Both the position numbers and the translations under genes were made by a program. Below the pieces are notes generated by a model. It was given only the letters and a program-made list of their open reading frames with translations, did not search any database and was not told where the DNA came from. A stretch of DNA of 64,000 bases from Eledone cirrhosa (lineage: Eukaryota), in the NCBI GenBank assembly GCA_964016885.1, contig OZ024743.1:219604001-219668000 (forward strand), given 5' to 3'. Shown here piece by piece: positions 1-13,953 of the stretch. The stretch's first letter is position 1, and each line of letters opens with the position of its first letter.

Positions 1-120
1 TTTTTCAAAATACCAATATCACAGATTGGAGCACAAAAAGAAACGTTTGTTCTTCATTTATTTCGGTTAAAGCATCCTGCTGGAATTTAGCGCAGACCCG
101 TTTAAATCCAGCGCCTTATA

Positions 121-150
121 ACCCCGAGTGTAACCGGGTACACCAGCTAG
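121..150 (+). mobile_element. Possible Helitron 3' terminus (degenerate)
   Basis: CCCGAGTGTAACCGGG GC hairpin followed 10 nt later by CTAG; same layout as the clearer end at 791-821. Confidence 0.4.
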
Positions 151-790
151 AAAGACAAATGGAAACATTCTTTCCTCGGTCCGATTTGACGAAAGTCGAT
201 TTAGTTCCACAACAAATTAACAAACCATACTTGAAGACACGTTGAGGCTGTTGCAAAGACACAATTTTGATCAACTTTTTATCACCTATAGCAAATTTAC
301 CGGGACAGGTTTTTAGCTACTCAAATCTACTTCAGAGGTCACGCATTCATGTAAAAAATCAATAAAACTGAAGCGGGGGTCGAAGTTGCACATGGGAAAA
401 CTTTTTACAGGAACGTCCGATTTTCTTGAAATCTGTCTCAAAAGACTCGCCATTATGCCGCAGTTCAGATAAAGTCCCTTTTATTTATTCTTCTGCACAT
501 GTGTGCGCGAAAATTGTGAAAAAAAAAAAAAACTGAATAAATCGATTTTTTCACCCTGCTTTAAAAAACAACTGAAAATTAAATTTCAAGTGAATTTAAC
601 TTCCGTCAGTCGTGCCAAGAACAATTTCAACGATACACTGTGAACCTACAATTGATCCATTATTTATGCTCAATTACACACCTGCGTCTACTAACCTCTG
701 TTTTTTTCCTTGAGGTTCGAAGGTTTTTGCACCTGTGATGTGCGGGAAGTAACTTTAACACATTTTAACACCAGAGCAAAGATCGACTTA

Positions 791-821
791 CACCCGGGCA
801 ACGCTGGGTACTTCTGCTAGT
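791..821 (+). mobile_element. Helitron 3' terminus
   Basis: ACCCGGGCAACGCTGGGT hairpin + ACTTCTG + CTAG followed by T, the canonical Helitron 3' end; abuts a (TA)n tract. Confidence 0.65.
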
Positions 822-836
822 ATATATATATATATT

Positions 837-913
<77 letters not shown>

Positions 914-984
914 ATGTATATGTATCTTCTGTGTGTGTGTGTGTGTACGTATATATATATATATATATGTATATGTGTGTATAT

Positions 985-1575
985 GTGCTACTGGTAACAT
1001 GTATCCCAGTACAACCTGTCTCATGGTCGGGTCGTTGGCGACTAAACTGGCAACCCCACCAAGGTTTCTTGGTGAGGAGGGTGACTTTGGACATCCTGCA
1101 GGACTAAAAACAAAACCTGTCAAAGGGCAAGGGAGCTCTTAAGAGTCAATAGCCATCCAAAATCACCGGGAGAGATGACCCCTTAGCCTTTGTCAAGGCA
1201 GAATTCTAGGAGAAGGAAAACTCTGATATAACACCTGCAATCCTGATGGTATCCAATGATGTTGACCTGTTCTTCTTTTTGGTAAATATCATCTTGGTTA
1301 AGAGAGTGGGACTGGCTTTGTGCAGTGCCTTTGCTCACTATAAAAGCTTCACAGCACAGGCATTGCTTTATATCTGGAGATCTCTCTGCACTTGTCATCA
1401 CATGGTACCATGGGCCCTGCACTATGTGTCAATAATGGTCACAAGTGTAGTCTTTGTACCAGAGTTTTCAAGTCGCTGGTTGGACTAAAGTCACATTCGT
1501 TCAGCGCATCGGTAGGGGTTCTCCTACATGGATATAAAGTAGTGGCCGTACTCGAAAACGAGTTGGCAGCCACCA
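985..1575 (+). mobile_element. About 590-bp non-autonomous retroelement (RTE-related), copy 1
   Basis: Near-identical to 23681-24282. Contains CTAGGAGAAGGAAAACTCTGA (resembles RTE-clade 5' UTR motif) and ends in stem-loop GTGGCCGTACTCGAAAACGAGTTGGCAGCCAC; flanked by microsatellite. Orientation inferred. Confidence 0.7.
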
Positions 1576-1604
1576 TATATATATATGTATATACATGTGT
1601 ATAA

Positions 1605-1641
<37 letters not shown>

Positions 1642-1855
1642 AATATAACTATTTTGCTAATAAAAATAAACTAAATGCTACAGTGGTAAATGTTTAATCC
1701 GAAGTTGGACCCTGATATATCGGCCGATTCAATCTATCTGACCATCTTATGTAGAGGTAATGTGAACGTAAAACTAGAATCCAGAAACATGAGAAGCAAT
1801 GTAAGTGAGACTGTGTCATAAAACATGCGCAGACGAATGAATCGTGCCTCTGTTT

Positions 1856-2336
1856 ACACACACACATATACAGACAAACTCACACACACATATACATACA
1901 AACTCACACACACATATACAGACAAACTCACACACACATATACAGACAAACTCACACACACATATACAGACAAACTCACACACACATATACAGACAAACT
2001 CACACACACATATACATACAAACTCACACACACATATACAGACAAACTCACACACACATATACAGACAAACTCACACACACATATACATACAAACTCACA
2101 CACACATATACAGACAAACTCACACACACATATACATACAAACTCACACACACATATACATACAAACTCACACACACATATACAGACAAACTCACACACA
2201 CATATACAGACAAACTCACACACACATATACATACACACTCACACACACATATACAGACAAACTCACACACACATATACATACAAACTCACACACACATA
2301 TACATACAAACTCACACACACATATACATACAAACT

Positions 2337-2345
<9 letters not shown>
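1856..2345. repeat. 24-bp minisatellite (CACACACACATATACA[G/T]ACAAACT)n, about 20 copies
   Basis: Visible 24-bp period; gives the 8-aa HTYTDKLT repeat in spurious ORFs. Confidence 0.95.
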
Positions 2346-2368
<23 letters not shown>

Positions 2369-2433
2369 CATTTATGTATATATATATATATACATATATA
2401 CATGTATACACACATATATATATATACACACAT

Positions 2434-2481
<48 letters not shown>

Positions 2482-2596
2482 TTATGTATATATATGCTCT
2501 CACACACATGTGTAAGCATGTATATACATATATATATATATGTATATATATATAAATATATATATATATACATACATACACACGCATATACATATA

Positions 2597-2638
<42 letters not shown>

Positions 2639-2764
2639 CACAGAAGCAAATAAGCATACACACACATATATGCATCAGTTAGCCTGCGCAAGTGCAAGTG
2701 AATGTGTGCATATATGCAGACATACACATATGCATGTATGTATGTGTGTGTGTTTGCACGCGCC

Positions 2765-2814
<50 letters not shown>

Positions 2815-2939
2815 TGTGTGTGTGTGAGTTATGTGTGAAATTAAAGGTGCCGGAAATTGTTCCAGTTTGTCGCCATCACATGACGAGAGCTACTTATTTC
2901 ATTAGCTCACTTCTATCATCCAGAACCGCTATGGCCACA

Positions 2940-3430
2940 TCCCACACCTCCCCACCACAACCATTACCACGTCCTACACTTCCCCGCCTCAACCATTACC
3001 ACTTACCACCAGCATGACTATCACCTTCACCTCCTTCACTCTCATCACGAACATCTAAACACAACCACCACCACCACCACCACCATCACCGCCACCACCA
3101 CGCCACCATCACCACCACCACCACGCCACCACCACCGCCACCACCACCATGCCGCAGCCACCACCACCATCACCACCACGCCACCGCCACGCCACCACCA
3201 CCACACCACCACCACCACCACCATCGACAACCCCCCCTCCCACCATCACTATAAATACTACCTCTATGACGTATCACTACCACCATAATCCCAGTCAGTT
3301 ATCGCAAAAGAACCACCTCTACCTCCAACCTTTCCTCAACAACTATTACCTTCACTACCACTACAACCACCGTCTCTTATCACAACCCTTACCTTCAACA
3401 CGACTGCCATCACAACCACCATTGTTTCCA
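2940..3430. repeat. Degenerate (CAC/CCA)n low-complexity tract
   Basis: Runs of CCA/CAC triplets. Confidence 0.85.
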
Positions 3431-4431
3431 AACTAGCGAAAGAACCTATCTGCTGTCGCTTTAGATAGTGGAAATAGCAACTAAATCTTCCTCAAATCAC
3501 ATCATTTAGGGATTAATAAACTAAAGTAACAGTTCAGGGAGGTGGATGTGTGAATTGTTAGAGAATCCAACGAGATGTCTTTGCGCTATTTGCTATCTGA
3601 TTTTAAATCCCTCTCTGGCTTACTAGGGTGGTAGACATAGTCCCTCTCTTAGGGGTAAAAAATAAAGTACCATTCCAGTCCGTATTGGGAGCAATTCTAT
3701 TTTTCTTTGGTCTTTCTACTTCTATCTGGAAGAAATTGGCTGTGTTCAGACGTGAAGTGGGATGGGCTCTGCCAGGTTTCGATCCTCAAGATACACTGTA
3801 TATTACGACTGCCTGTACGGCTCCGACAGGAGTTTTGGGGGCCCAATTAAGATTGAAAAATTGAAAATAATCTCTATGTAATAGCTAGTGTGGTGATTGA
3901 CTGGCTGATCCGGTGTTAAATGTCACGCTTTAAATGGTATATATGGAAAATTAACAAATAGAAGACAACGAACGAAAACGAGGCAAAACGAAAAAAAAAT
4001 TTTTTGAAGGCAAAACCTTGAAAAATTTTTTTTAAAATAAAAAGACAAATGAAAAACAGAACTTCAAGATCTTCAGCCGTCAAGATGGACTTCTGGCAGT
4101 TTCTATCCCTACCGACGGTACTGCGTCTGACACAAGCCAAAGCGTTATCTGTGGAGTAATAAACCAAACAAAACGGTAACTTATAGCAATTAACCCATAT
4201 CAGGTATACAGAATTTTATGTGACATCTAGGAGAAGGTATTGCGATTTTTATAGCAACAGAGAGGGGAGAGAGAGAGAGAGAGAGAGAGAAAGAAAGAGA
4301 GAGAGAGAGAGAGAGGGGGAGAAAGAAATTGTCATGTGACAAGATTGAAGTGGAAAGTAAAGAGTGAGAGAGTTAGAGAGACGAACACACGCTGAAGTGT
4401 GAACCACGTGTGCGCGCATACGTAAACGTGT

Positions 4432-4471
<40 letters not shown>

Positions 4472-4766
4472 GGTATTCGTTCCGACTCTCTGGTTTCTGA
4501 GTTCAAATCCCACCTTTCATCCATTTGAGGTCGATATAAAAAGTACCAGTCTAGTACTGAGGTCAATTCTTCCTCTATATTTCTTTCTCACTTCTATTCT
4601 CACACTCTCTCTATCCTTCTCTGGAAGAAGTCTGCTGTATTCAGGCCTGGAGAGGAGATGGGTTCTGCCAGGTTTTAAAATGCTTTAGAAACGTTGTATG
4701 TTAATACAGCGTCCCCACGATTCCCTCAGGAGTTACAAGACCTGCATGCATATATATATATATATG

Positions 4767-4855
<89 letters not shown>

Positions 4856-4857
4856 TC

Positions 4858-4997
4858 AGTCCAGAATTAGCCGTCGAAACGGCTTGAGCTCAGCCGTCGG
4901 GGTCCTACTCGTTCCTATTACCCACTCTACTACCCTAAGTATTGAGTACTTTGGTGCGTTATGGTCCACCTGGTTCCTTACCACATTTCCTTCGTTA
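4858..4997 (+). mobile_element. Short TA-anchored Penelope-like 3' end carrying the 3' half of an HHR (family A, copy 1)
   Basis: GAAACGGCT-tgagctc-AGCCGTC (GAAA core + stem III + GUC), then AAGTATTGAGTAC and (TA)n; homologous to 26077-26208 and 42895-43103. Confidence 0.65.
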
Positions 4998-5016
4998 TAT
5001 ATATATATATATGTAT

Positions 5017-5110
<94 letters not shown>

Positions 5111-5407
5111 ATATACACACATACATACATATTAGTAATAGTCGTCTGCTTATAGCATTTGTACGAAGTTATGCTTTCTTCATTGATAAATGGAATAAAC
5201 ATATATGTATATGAACATATATATTAGTGGCGATGTATTTGTTTTGTAAGGTTTTTGATATGGAATTTATATTTTTAACTGTTGGTCAATCAATGATAAA
5301 CATTGATTGCCAGCTAAATTATTTATAGAAATATAAAATATACTGAAGCGAAAACCAAACAAAACAGTAAGTGTGTTTTACTATATTTTTCTGACAATAT
5401 TAGGAAA

Positions 5408-5615
5408 ACAGTATCGGTAGAGGGTCGGACGCCATGCTTTGCAGCAAAGAGCTACGGCCCTTGCCATTCTGAGTTCAAATCCCGCCGAGGTTAACTTTGC
5501 CTTTCTTCCTTACGTGATCGATAAAATAAAGTACCAGTAATGCACTGGATGTCATTTTAGTCGACTTTCCCCTCCCCCAAAATTGTTGGCCTTGTGCCTA
5601 AATCAGAAACCAATA
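5408..5615 (+). mobile_element. tRNA-derived SINE (abundant family 1)
   Basis: A-box-like CAGTATCGGTAGAG, B-box GAGTTCAAATCC, conserved body TTTGCCTTTC.TCCTT..G..GTCGATAAAATAAAGTACCAGT, tail TGGCCTTGTGCCTAAATCAGAAAC; many other copies in the window. Confidence 0.85.
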
Positions 5616-6039
5616 TTTGGACAACATGATCCTCCCCAAATATAACAACATATATATTCCTTTTCGTGTATTCTATTTTCTTTCCTTTCTCTTAAATCGC
5701 TGCTTTATTTAATGTTACTATCTGACCCTTAAAATACATGTCAAGTGCTAAATCGAAATAAACGATTTTCTCCTATCTCAAATTACTGGCCTTGTGCCCA
5801 AATTAGAAACCATTAAGAGACCTCTGTTAACCAGGCGAAATTGATAGATAATTCGAAAAGGGTTTGGAAGCAAAGTTATCGGAAAAATCGGTGTTGTACC
5901 TGTATATAATATAACCGGTGTAGGAAGGAATCAATCTCTCATTGGAGTTACTGGAATGCGCTTTGTGGAGTGCTTTTTAATCTGATAAGTCGTGACGTAA
6001 AGGTTAACTGTACCGAGATATGTAGCTAGCTCATAATAA

Positions 6040-6890
6040 TCTGGTGGTGGTGGTGTGATGTTGGAGGATGATGGGAGTGGAGGGGGTGATATTGGTGATG
6101 ATAGGAGCGGTGGGGGTGATGCTGGAGGGGATGGGAATATTGTGGTGGTGGGGTTATGTTGGTGATGGTGGTGGGAGCGGTGGCGGTGATGCTGGGGGTG
6201 ATGGGATGGTGGTGGTGGTGGAGGTGATGCTGGTGATGATGGGAATAGTGGCGGTGATGTTGGTGGTGATGGGAGTGGTGGCGGTGAAGTTGGTGGTGAT
6301 GGGGTGGTGTGGGTGATATTGATGGGTATGAGGTGATGGGAGTGGTGTTGGCGGGGTAGTGGGGGTGATACTGGTGGTGGTGGAGGTGGTGGGGGTGATA
6401 TTGGTGGCGATGAGGACGGTGGTTGTCTTACTTATGCATGGTGGTGATGATGTTGGTAATGATGCAGGTAGTGGTGATTGGCTTGGTTGTGCATTGTGGA
6501 GGGTGGGGAGGGTGAGGGGGGCGTTGGCAGTAGTCTTGGTTGTACGTAGTGAGGATGATGTTGGTGATGATAAAAGCGGTGGTGGTGGTGATGGATTTCG
6601 TTGTGCATGGTGGTGGTGATTGTGGTGATGGTGGTGATGGAAGTGGTGGTGGTGTGGGGATGGTAGCGGTGGTGGTGGTGATGGAAGTGGTGGTGACAGT
6701 GATGGAAGTGGTGGTGATGGTAGCGGTGGTGGTGGTGGTAGTAGTGGTGATGGTAGCGGTGGTGGTGGTGGTGATGGTGGTGATGGAGGCAGTGGTGGTG
6801 GTGGTGATGGAAGCAGTGGTGGTGGTGGTGGTGGTGGTGATGGTAGTGGTGGTGGCAGTGTTTATGCAAATGGTAATGGTAATTGTGGAA
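6040..6890. repeat. Degenerate (GGT/GAT)n low-complexity tract
   Basis: GGT/GAT triplet runs. Confidence 0.85.
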
Positions 6891-8002
6891 TTTGTGTAAT
6901 AGTTTTTAAAGTTTACTGATAACGTTTTTCTCTCTATATATTTTTTTTCATTTACGGTTACGTGTTCCGAACTTACTGTATTTAAATGTACACATTAACC
7001 CACCTCAATAGATCCCTACAGCTCTCCGATAGAGCTCTTAAAGTGTTTTCAGTTGCCAGATCCTTTACCCCGTCTATTTTACATGTATAACGATATCAAT
7101 GTTTTATTACTCAACGCCAAGATACAGCTCAAAAGACCTACTTGAGTGACTACAACAACAACAACACCACCAACAACAACACCACCAACACCACCACCAC
7201 CACCAACAACAACACCACCACCACCAACAACAACAACAGCAACAACACACCAACAAAGAATATAGTAACAACATCGAAAAGAACTCATAGTGATAAGACA
7301 TAACGCCTTAATTTCATTGATTGTCTCGCACAGTCTAAAATGATTTGAGTAAACTTTCTAGCAAGCCAACTACAGGGGCCGTTCCAGGTACACAATATAG
7401 GTTTACTAATCTGTAGAGGCACCTATGATCTTTATTGTAATCTTTTATGTCACTGAAGGTTAATTCCTAAAACCTTCACGATGTCTTGTTGTTAATCTAG
7501 CCTGTCATATGACTATCTTTGTTAACAAATCACTTTCCAGTGTGTTCTTGTTTTAGGTGTTGTAGTGTATTGTCATAAATTATAGAACTATTCTTTGTTG
7601 GTGAATACACTAAAGCAGTAGACCCACTGGGTGGCTGGAAGGGATCACCGTTGACAACTAGGTGTAGTGATTCACATGAAGATTTAGATTGAAGTGTTTC
7701 TAGTTAGTTACTTTGCCTTTTAACCCTTTTGTTACCAAACCATCTGATACTAACTCTGGTTCTGTGATATGTAGCTGTTCATTTTAAAGTGTTTATATTT
7801 ATCTAAAAACTCTCCATCGTAAATTTATGTAAGAACCTTTATTAAGTTAGGTTCCAAGCATTTTAAGCAACAATCGACATGATCGACTAAAAATCGACTA
7901 ACAAAAGCAGAAGTGGACATTTTCGACTAAAACGCAATGCCCCAGCTTGACCGTAGTTCAATGACTCAAAACAGTACAAGAATAACTTAATATAACTCAA
8001 TA

Positions 8003-8215
8003 ATAGTTTCTATTTTTTTTTGCACAAGGCCAGCAATTTGAAGGGAAGGAAAAGTCGATTACATCAACCCCAGTGTGTGACAGGTACTTTATTTTATCGA
8101 CCTCGTAAAGATGAAAGGCAAAGCTAACCTTGGCGAGATTTGAACTCAGGACGTAAAGGGACGTAACTCTATGCTGCAAAGTATGGTGGCGACGCTCTAC
8201 CGATATTGCCAATAA
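8003..8215 (-). mobile_element. tRNA-derived SINE (family 1)
   Basis: Reverse complement of the family-1 body (ACTTTATTTTATCGACCTCGTAAAGATGAAAGGCAAAG...ATTTGAACTCAG). Confidence 0.85.
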
Positions 8216-8664
8216 TGCAAACCTGAGTAACGACCAGACATGGGCAGTGGGGTCAATTATATCTAACAATAAAGTAAATTTGCTTTCTAGGGGTTCGTAT
8301 AAGGAGGTGAAACAGAGTTTATAGTTTGTTTTAGGGTCTAGAGATTCATTGAAATATTCAGAGAAATGGAACCTCTACAGTGATGAAATATTGGAGGAGA
8401 TTGGATAAAGAGTTATAGAAGATGAGATAGGATAAACCTAATAGGAATAGGAAAGAATAAGAGAATATAATTACCATGCCAGTTAATATGATAAGGCAGT
8501 AAATTAGTAGGGTCGATAGACGCACCAGAGTGAAAATGCCGCGGTATATGTTCCAGGTCACTGTACCCTGTGTTCAAATCCCACCGAAATCTACTTTGCC
8601 TTTTATCTTTTTAAAGTTAATAAATAAATTACCAACCTAGCTTTTGGGCCGATTTTTCCTGACC

Positions 8665-8938
8665 TTCTCTGGATAAGACCAGTCGTGTTACGACCCGGAC
8701 AGGGATGGGCTCCGGCAGGTTTAAAATGCTCAATACATATTGTGTATCAAGACGGCGCTCCTACGACTTCATCAAGTGTTAAGGGCCCTTTAGCCTACCT
8801 GTTGGTAGGTTATGGTCTCGTAACTCCCGATAGCGTAGTAGTGGCGCCATATTGAAATACGGCGTTTCTTGGGAATTTTAAGGCTGGTGGAGCCCATCCC
8901 TCTCCAAGGCTGACTACAGCAGATTTCTTCCAGAGAGA
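8665..8938. mobile_element. MITE with imperfect about 60-bp terminal inverted repeats
   Basis: Left TCTCTGGA...GGGATGGGCTCCGGCAGGTTTAAAAT mirrors right ATTTTAAGGCTGGTGGAGCCCATCCC...TTCCAGAGA; single arms also occur near 3722-3780 and 4617-4745. Confidence 0.6.
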
Positions 8939-10158
8939 TGAAGAATCAACCCCAATACTAGACTGGTATTTTTTTTATCGACCTCGAAAGGATGAAAGGC
9001 ACAGTTGACCTCGGCGGGATTTGAAGAGGGCAGAGAGCCGGAACAAATGCCATAAAGCATTTTATCCGATCTTGTAACGACTCTGCCAACTTACCTGTTA
9101 CTATAATCTATAATTTCACTCACAAGGCATTGGTTCATCCGAGGAGGCCATAGAAGAAAATACTTGCACAAAGTGTAACGCAAGGGACTGAAACCGAGAC
9201 TATTCACGTTGGCTGTTAAGTGTGATACTGTGCAAATGTTAAAACCAGTTTTCATATTTTACCAATAACTAAATAAATATATACAACAGCAATAACGTAG
9301 TTACTTTAACTTATATAACATTTGTACAGAGATACTTATATAACATTTGGCCAGCCAGCAAGCTAAACCAAACATATAGAGCGCTGTATGAAACATTATT
9401 ATAGCTAGTATAAACAATATAGTGTCCAACCAGTTATAAATCGAACGGGCATTAATGAGTGCTTCTTCTCTCAGAAGTATAAAATGAATGTAAAAAATTT
9501 TGTTGAAATGGATTAGCAGACAAGAATATCTTTGAAGAAATACATGTAAACTGATGATCTCTTCGTTTATGGCTAGCCGGCAGTTTAATTGAATCCAATA
9601 TTCTGATGATAACTTCTCTATAGTTGATTTATTCTTTTTATCGCATCCAGAGAATATGATAAAAGGACAGAGAATTACAGTTTGGTGAATTGATAAGTTT
9701 AATCGTACACACATACACACACACACACGCGCGTTCACAGAAACACACAAACACACATGTAGACACGCGTTCACACACAAGTTCGTACATACACATACAC
9801 GCGTCCACACACACGTTCATGCACACGCATACACGTGGACACACACATGCACACACACACACATACACGCTTCTCACAACACACACGTTCGTACATACAC
9901 ATACACGCCTTCAGACATACACACACGTTCACACACACGCATACACGCGTTCACGCGCATGCACGCACACACACACGCACACACGTTCATACATACACAT
10001 ACACGCGTTTACACACACTGTACAACACAAGTCCGATCATTGCGGCATATGTGTTCAAATCTCGCCGAGGTCAATTTTACATTTCATCCTTTAGAGTTCG
10101 ATAAGTACCAGTCCTGTACAGAGGTCAATTCTTGTGATGGCATGGCGTGATTTCACAT

Positions 10159-10247
<89 letters not shown>

Positions 10248-10263
10248 TATATATATAGCAGAA

Positions 10264-10375
10264 AGTCAGGGCCCGACGGTTGAGCCCTTGCCGTTTTCCA
10301 AGTGCCTAGCCGTCGGGCCCTGACTCTCTAATATATTTACACTACTTCCCAAGTATCGAGTACATTGCTGAATAT

Positions 10376-10378
<3 letters not shown>
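10264..10378 (+). mobile_element. Short Penelope-like end with inverted half-HHR
   Basis: Inverted repeat AGTCAGGGCCCGACGG / CCGTCGGGCCCTGACT; minus arm reads GAAAACGGC...ACCGTC; carries AAGTATCGAGTAC before (TA)n like family A. Confidence 0.5.
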
Positions 10379-10430
<52 letters not shown>

Positions 10431-10435
<5 letters not shown>

Positions 10436-10823
10436 TTACAGTAATCAAAGTTCAGTTTAAGTCATTTATTTGCTTACAATTGTTTCCTCCAAACCGAGGT
10501 TTGGATTCTTCGGAGTAACTATTTACTGATCTATAACATACTTGACCTCCTTTTCAACCCAAGAGACACATAAAACATATGCGCATATTGATCAACAGTG
10601 GGGTGACATTCATCAAATGATATAGCATGGCAGTTTACATATAAAGGTTACAGGATAAAAATAAAATAAAATAAAAACAAGAGTGAAAATAAGAGTGAAA
10701 ATAAAGATAAACATGAAGCGTTGGCAGTCTATGAAGATAAAGCAAGACGAAAGCTTAGACTAGTCAGTGTATGTAACAATCTCCCGTGTAGCATGCACGC
10801 GTGTCTTATCTATACATGATTAG
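10431..10823. repeat. Inverted repeat arm 1 (pairs with 13561-13953)
   Basis: 393 bp; two mismatches seen by eye. Confidence 0.95.
10470..10518 (-). ncRNA. Minimal type I hammerhead-like motif (U4C variant), sense to the PLE ORF
   Basis: UUACU-CCGAAGA-a-UCCAAACC-uc-GGUUUGGA-g-GAAAC-AAUU-GUA-AGCAA; palindromic stem III ACAAUUGU. Confidence 0.6.
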
Positions 10824-12059
10824 AGTGCGTCAGAATGATATTTGCAGGGTCAGGCAGCTGAAGCAGGCAATCGATCTTATTATATAGGCTGAATTATTAA
10901 GTCATTTATTGTCATACATCTGTATGATATACAGTCTCGGATGCGGGGAAACGCCAAAATATCAAAAACCTTCAACATACTATAAACCTTATTGTATCGT
11001 AGGCAAGGTCGTACCACTGTCCTTGCTCACACCACCACTCACATAATCCATGAGACGCAATATATATATAGAGAACACGCGTCTATCGTATAATTCGCAG
11101 TGGTTCAGCATATAGTCAAGCTATAAACCGTATCCAGTCGGTTCTTAATTAATATATCATGCTGTCCAGATTCCGGAATTGCCTGAATGACTAAGGGGAA
11201 TTAATGCGTAAAGGGAGGTAACTAGCTAGTTTTCTTAGTTACATTACTATGCTAAACTACATTAATGGTGATTCAAATACGTGCCTATCATGTGAAGTTA
11301 TAACTAATATCTAGAGTATGTTACCCATTTATAGGTTAGAGAGTTGTCCATTAAGAAGTACAAGAGTGTATATATTAGGATGATTACCATCCATTAATTA
11401 AGGGGTGTCATATCTGAACGTTCCATAAGAGGAGTCAGACTCTCAAGTCACTGCTCCATGCAGATGTAATATAACAGTAGGACCTGGTATGGTCCCACTA
11501 TTATATATGCCACCCGGAAGGCTCCGGGTCATTGCTTGCCTGCATCTCCATCGGTATGGTCCGGAGATCCAATCTCTCATATAAATGCACTAGTCTGGCC
11601 ATCAAGCAATAGACAACCCCCGTCTCAAATATAAATCAATTATGTATCACATCTCCAAGCTAGAGTGGAGTCTATTAATAGGTATTAAAGGAGTCCACAT
11701 CAAGATGATTACGTGCATAATTCAATGAACTGATCGCTTACAGTATATAATCACTTAACAATACGATTATCTATCTAATCATCAATCTATCTCTTGGTGG
11801 TAATCCATGCACAGGACTATGCTATCGCAACCAGTACCGTGTCCCCAATTTATACTAATCTTATATTTGTGCAATGCAGAATAAGTAGTCCACGGCCGAG
11901 ATATCAGTATTAGAGGTACAAGGGGGTATTCCCAGGGTAGGTGGTACTAAAATGCTGTCAGTATTATCTTTAGAGTATAGAGATGGGTGTGGATGTGAGG
12001 TGTAAGGTGTGCTACTGATGTTAATTGCTAGGGGTGGTGCCGGTTCCAGTCTGACATTA

Positions 12060-12668
12060 TTATATATAGGGTTTAAAGTTTTGGAACGAGTGTCGGAAGC
12101 GGTGTTGGCAATTTGCGAACACTTCTGATTTTTTATTAAGGAGATTATGTTTAGCGAAGATGATAGTATGGGTCTCTAATAGACAGAGGTTACAAAATTT
12201 ATCAGGAGGTTTGTACGATGTTGCACTACCTACCACTTCCCATTTAAGTGTATATATTTTATTTTTAGTTTTTAGATAGTGTATGTAGCTAGATAGTGAA
12301 GTGGAGTTGACTAGACTGTGTTTTTTGAAAGAGTGGAGGTGCGAATTGTATCTAGTTTTGAAGCAGTTAGAAGTGGAGCCTATGTGGGTGTCAGAAGAGC
12401 TGTTAGTTGTGACTGTACATGAGTATATGATATCCTTGGTTAAGCATTTTTTATCTAAAGGGCAGGTTCTACTTGATCTACAGTTACAATTACTCTGGGT
12501 GCTAGTCTGCCGGTTACTATGCTGTGTAGAAGTTTGGAGGTTAGCTATAGGGTTATGGTTATGCGGGTTGTGGTACGCAGCGTTAATGTTTCCACTAGTG
12601 CTATTACTATTATTTCCATTGATATTACGGTTATTTGTTATAATGTTACTTTGACTGTTATTTTGAAT
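12060..12668 (-). pseudogene. GIY-YIG endonuclease of the Penelope-like element (not in ORF track)
   Basis: Manual translation gives an open frame: ...CNCRSSRTCPLDKKCLTKDIIYSCTV...THIGSTSNCFKTRYNSHLHSF...KWEVV...CNLCLLE...LLNKKSEVFANCQHRF...* (stop 12060-12062); different frame from the RT. Confidence 0.9.
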
Positions 12669-12669
12669 G

Positions 12670-13551
12670 TTATTTTGAAGGTTTATCGAGTAGTGAGAAG
12701 AAAGCCCTAGGAAGGTTGGTAGAGACGTTTAAATTGAAAGGAGGGTTGAAAAATGTATTATTTCTTCTTCTATTTCTGTTTTTTATGTCTGGTGATTTGT
12801 TTCCTTTAATGTTCCTATGGTCATTTCTGTGGTGCGGGTTACTCTTGTTGTTACAATCCCTATTAGTGTGTGTGTAGTTGCTATTCCTATTATTAAATTT
12901 TCCCATGGACATGTTGTGTGAAATGATGTTGTAGCTATGTGTTTTTGTAGGTAGGAACTCTATCCCTGTATTATGGCCTGATCTAGCTAATGCCTGATTA
13001 TAATACTGCGAGTTATTGTTAAATGTGTTTATGTCATAGGATAGATTAAAGATTCCATTAGATACTCCCTTAGAGATAGAGTTCAATATAGATTTAGGGT
13101 GGTTAGACTTGGTATCTACGTAGATGAGTTTTTCATTAGGTTTGTGGAAAGGTGCATATATCATTGAGTCTAAGTAGAGTGTGGCGTCTAGGAAGTTGAC
13201 GTTTTTGGTGTTTTTGTCCATGGTAATACTAAGGTTAAAGTTTTTGAATGTTTTGTGCAATAGTTTTCTAGTCCTTTCTATATTGAATTTTTTATAGTCT
13301 ATAAGTAGAAGTGCATCGTCGCGATACAAACCACCGCTGAGGTACGGAAGTTCCCGGTGGATTAGGTTAAGTAAGTATAGGCCAACCAAATCAGTGACCT
13401 GCGCCGAGTCACTAGACCCCATAGTAATGTCGAAGTTGTTTTGCGTATCCTTGCGGGTCCATAATTGGTCCTCAAAGGTGATTATTGTTTTACGGGCCGC
13501 AAGTATGACATCAATCTGGGGTCTAGTCAAGTCACTATTGTCCATGGCCAT
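12670..13551 (-). pseudogene. Penelope-type reverse transcriptase, C-terminal part
   Basis: Motifs FDITMGSSDSAQVTDLVG, GLYRDD, VNFLDATL, FHKPNEKLIYVDTKSNHP, FFNPPF; 5'-truncated at the inversion and frameshifted near 12680. Confidence 0.92.
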
Positions 13552-13560
13552 TATAAGTGC

Positions 13561-13953
13561 CTAATCATGTATAGATAAGACACGCGTGCATGCTACACGG
13601 GAGATTGTTTCATACACTGACTAGTCTAAGCTTTCGTCTTGCTTTATCTTCATAGACTGCCAACGCTTCATGTTTATCTTTATTTTCACTCTTATTTTCA
13701 CTCTTGTTTTTATTTTATTTTATTTTTATCCTGTAACCTTTATATGTAAACTGCCATGCTATATCATTTGATGAATGTCACCTCACTGTTGATCAATATG
13801 CGCATATGTTTTATGTGTCTCTTGGGTTGAAAAGGAGGTCAAGTATGTTATAGATCAGTAAATAGTTACTCCGAAGAATCCAAACCTCGGTTTGGAGGAA
13901 ACAATTGTAAGCAAATAAATGACTTAAACTGAACTTTGATTACTGTAATCTCT
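13561..13953. repeat. Inverted repeat arm 2 (pairs with 10431-10823)
   Basis: Reverse complement of arm 1. Confidence 0.95.
13866..13914 (+). ncRNA. Minimal hammerhead-like motif, inverted copy
   Basis: Same motif as 10470-10518 in IR arm 2. Confidence 0.6.

Noticed and set aside
9551-9610. CTGATGA motifs at about 9551, 9603 and 27805 (minus) as hammerheads
   Set aside because: No stem II followed by GAAA and no NUH with stem I.
9301-9810. 169-aa minus-strand ORF
   Set aside because: The N-terminus is microsatellite and the remainder is AT-rich with no recognisable motif.
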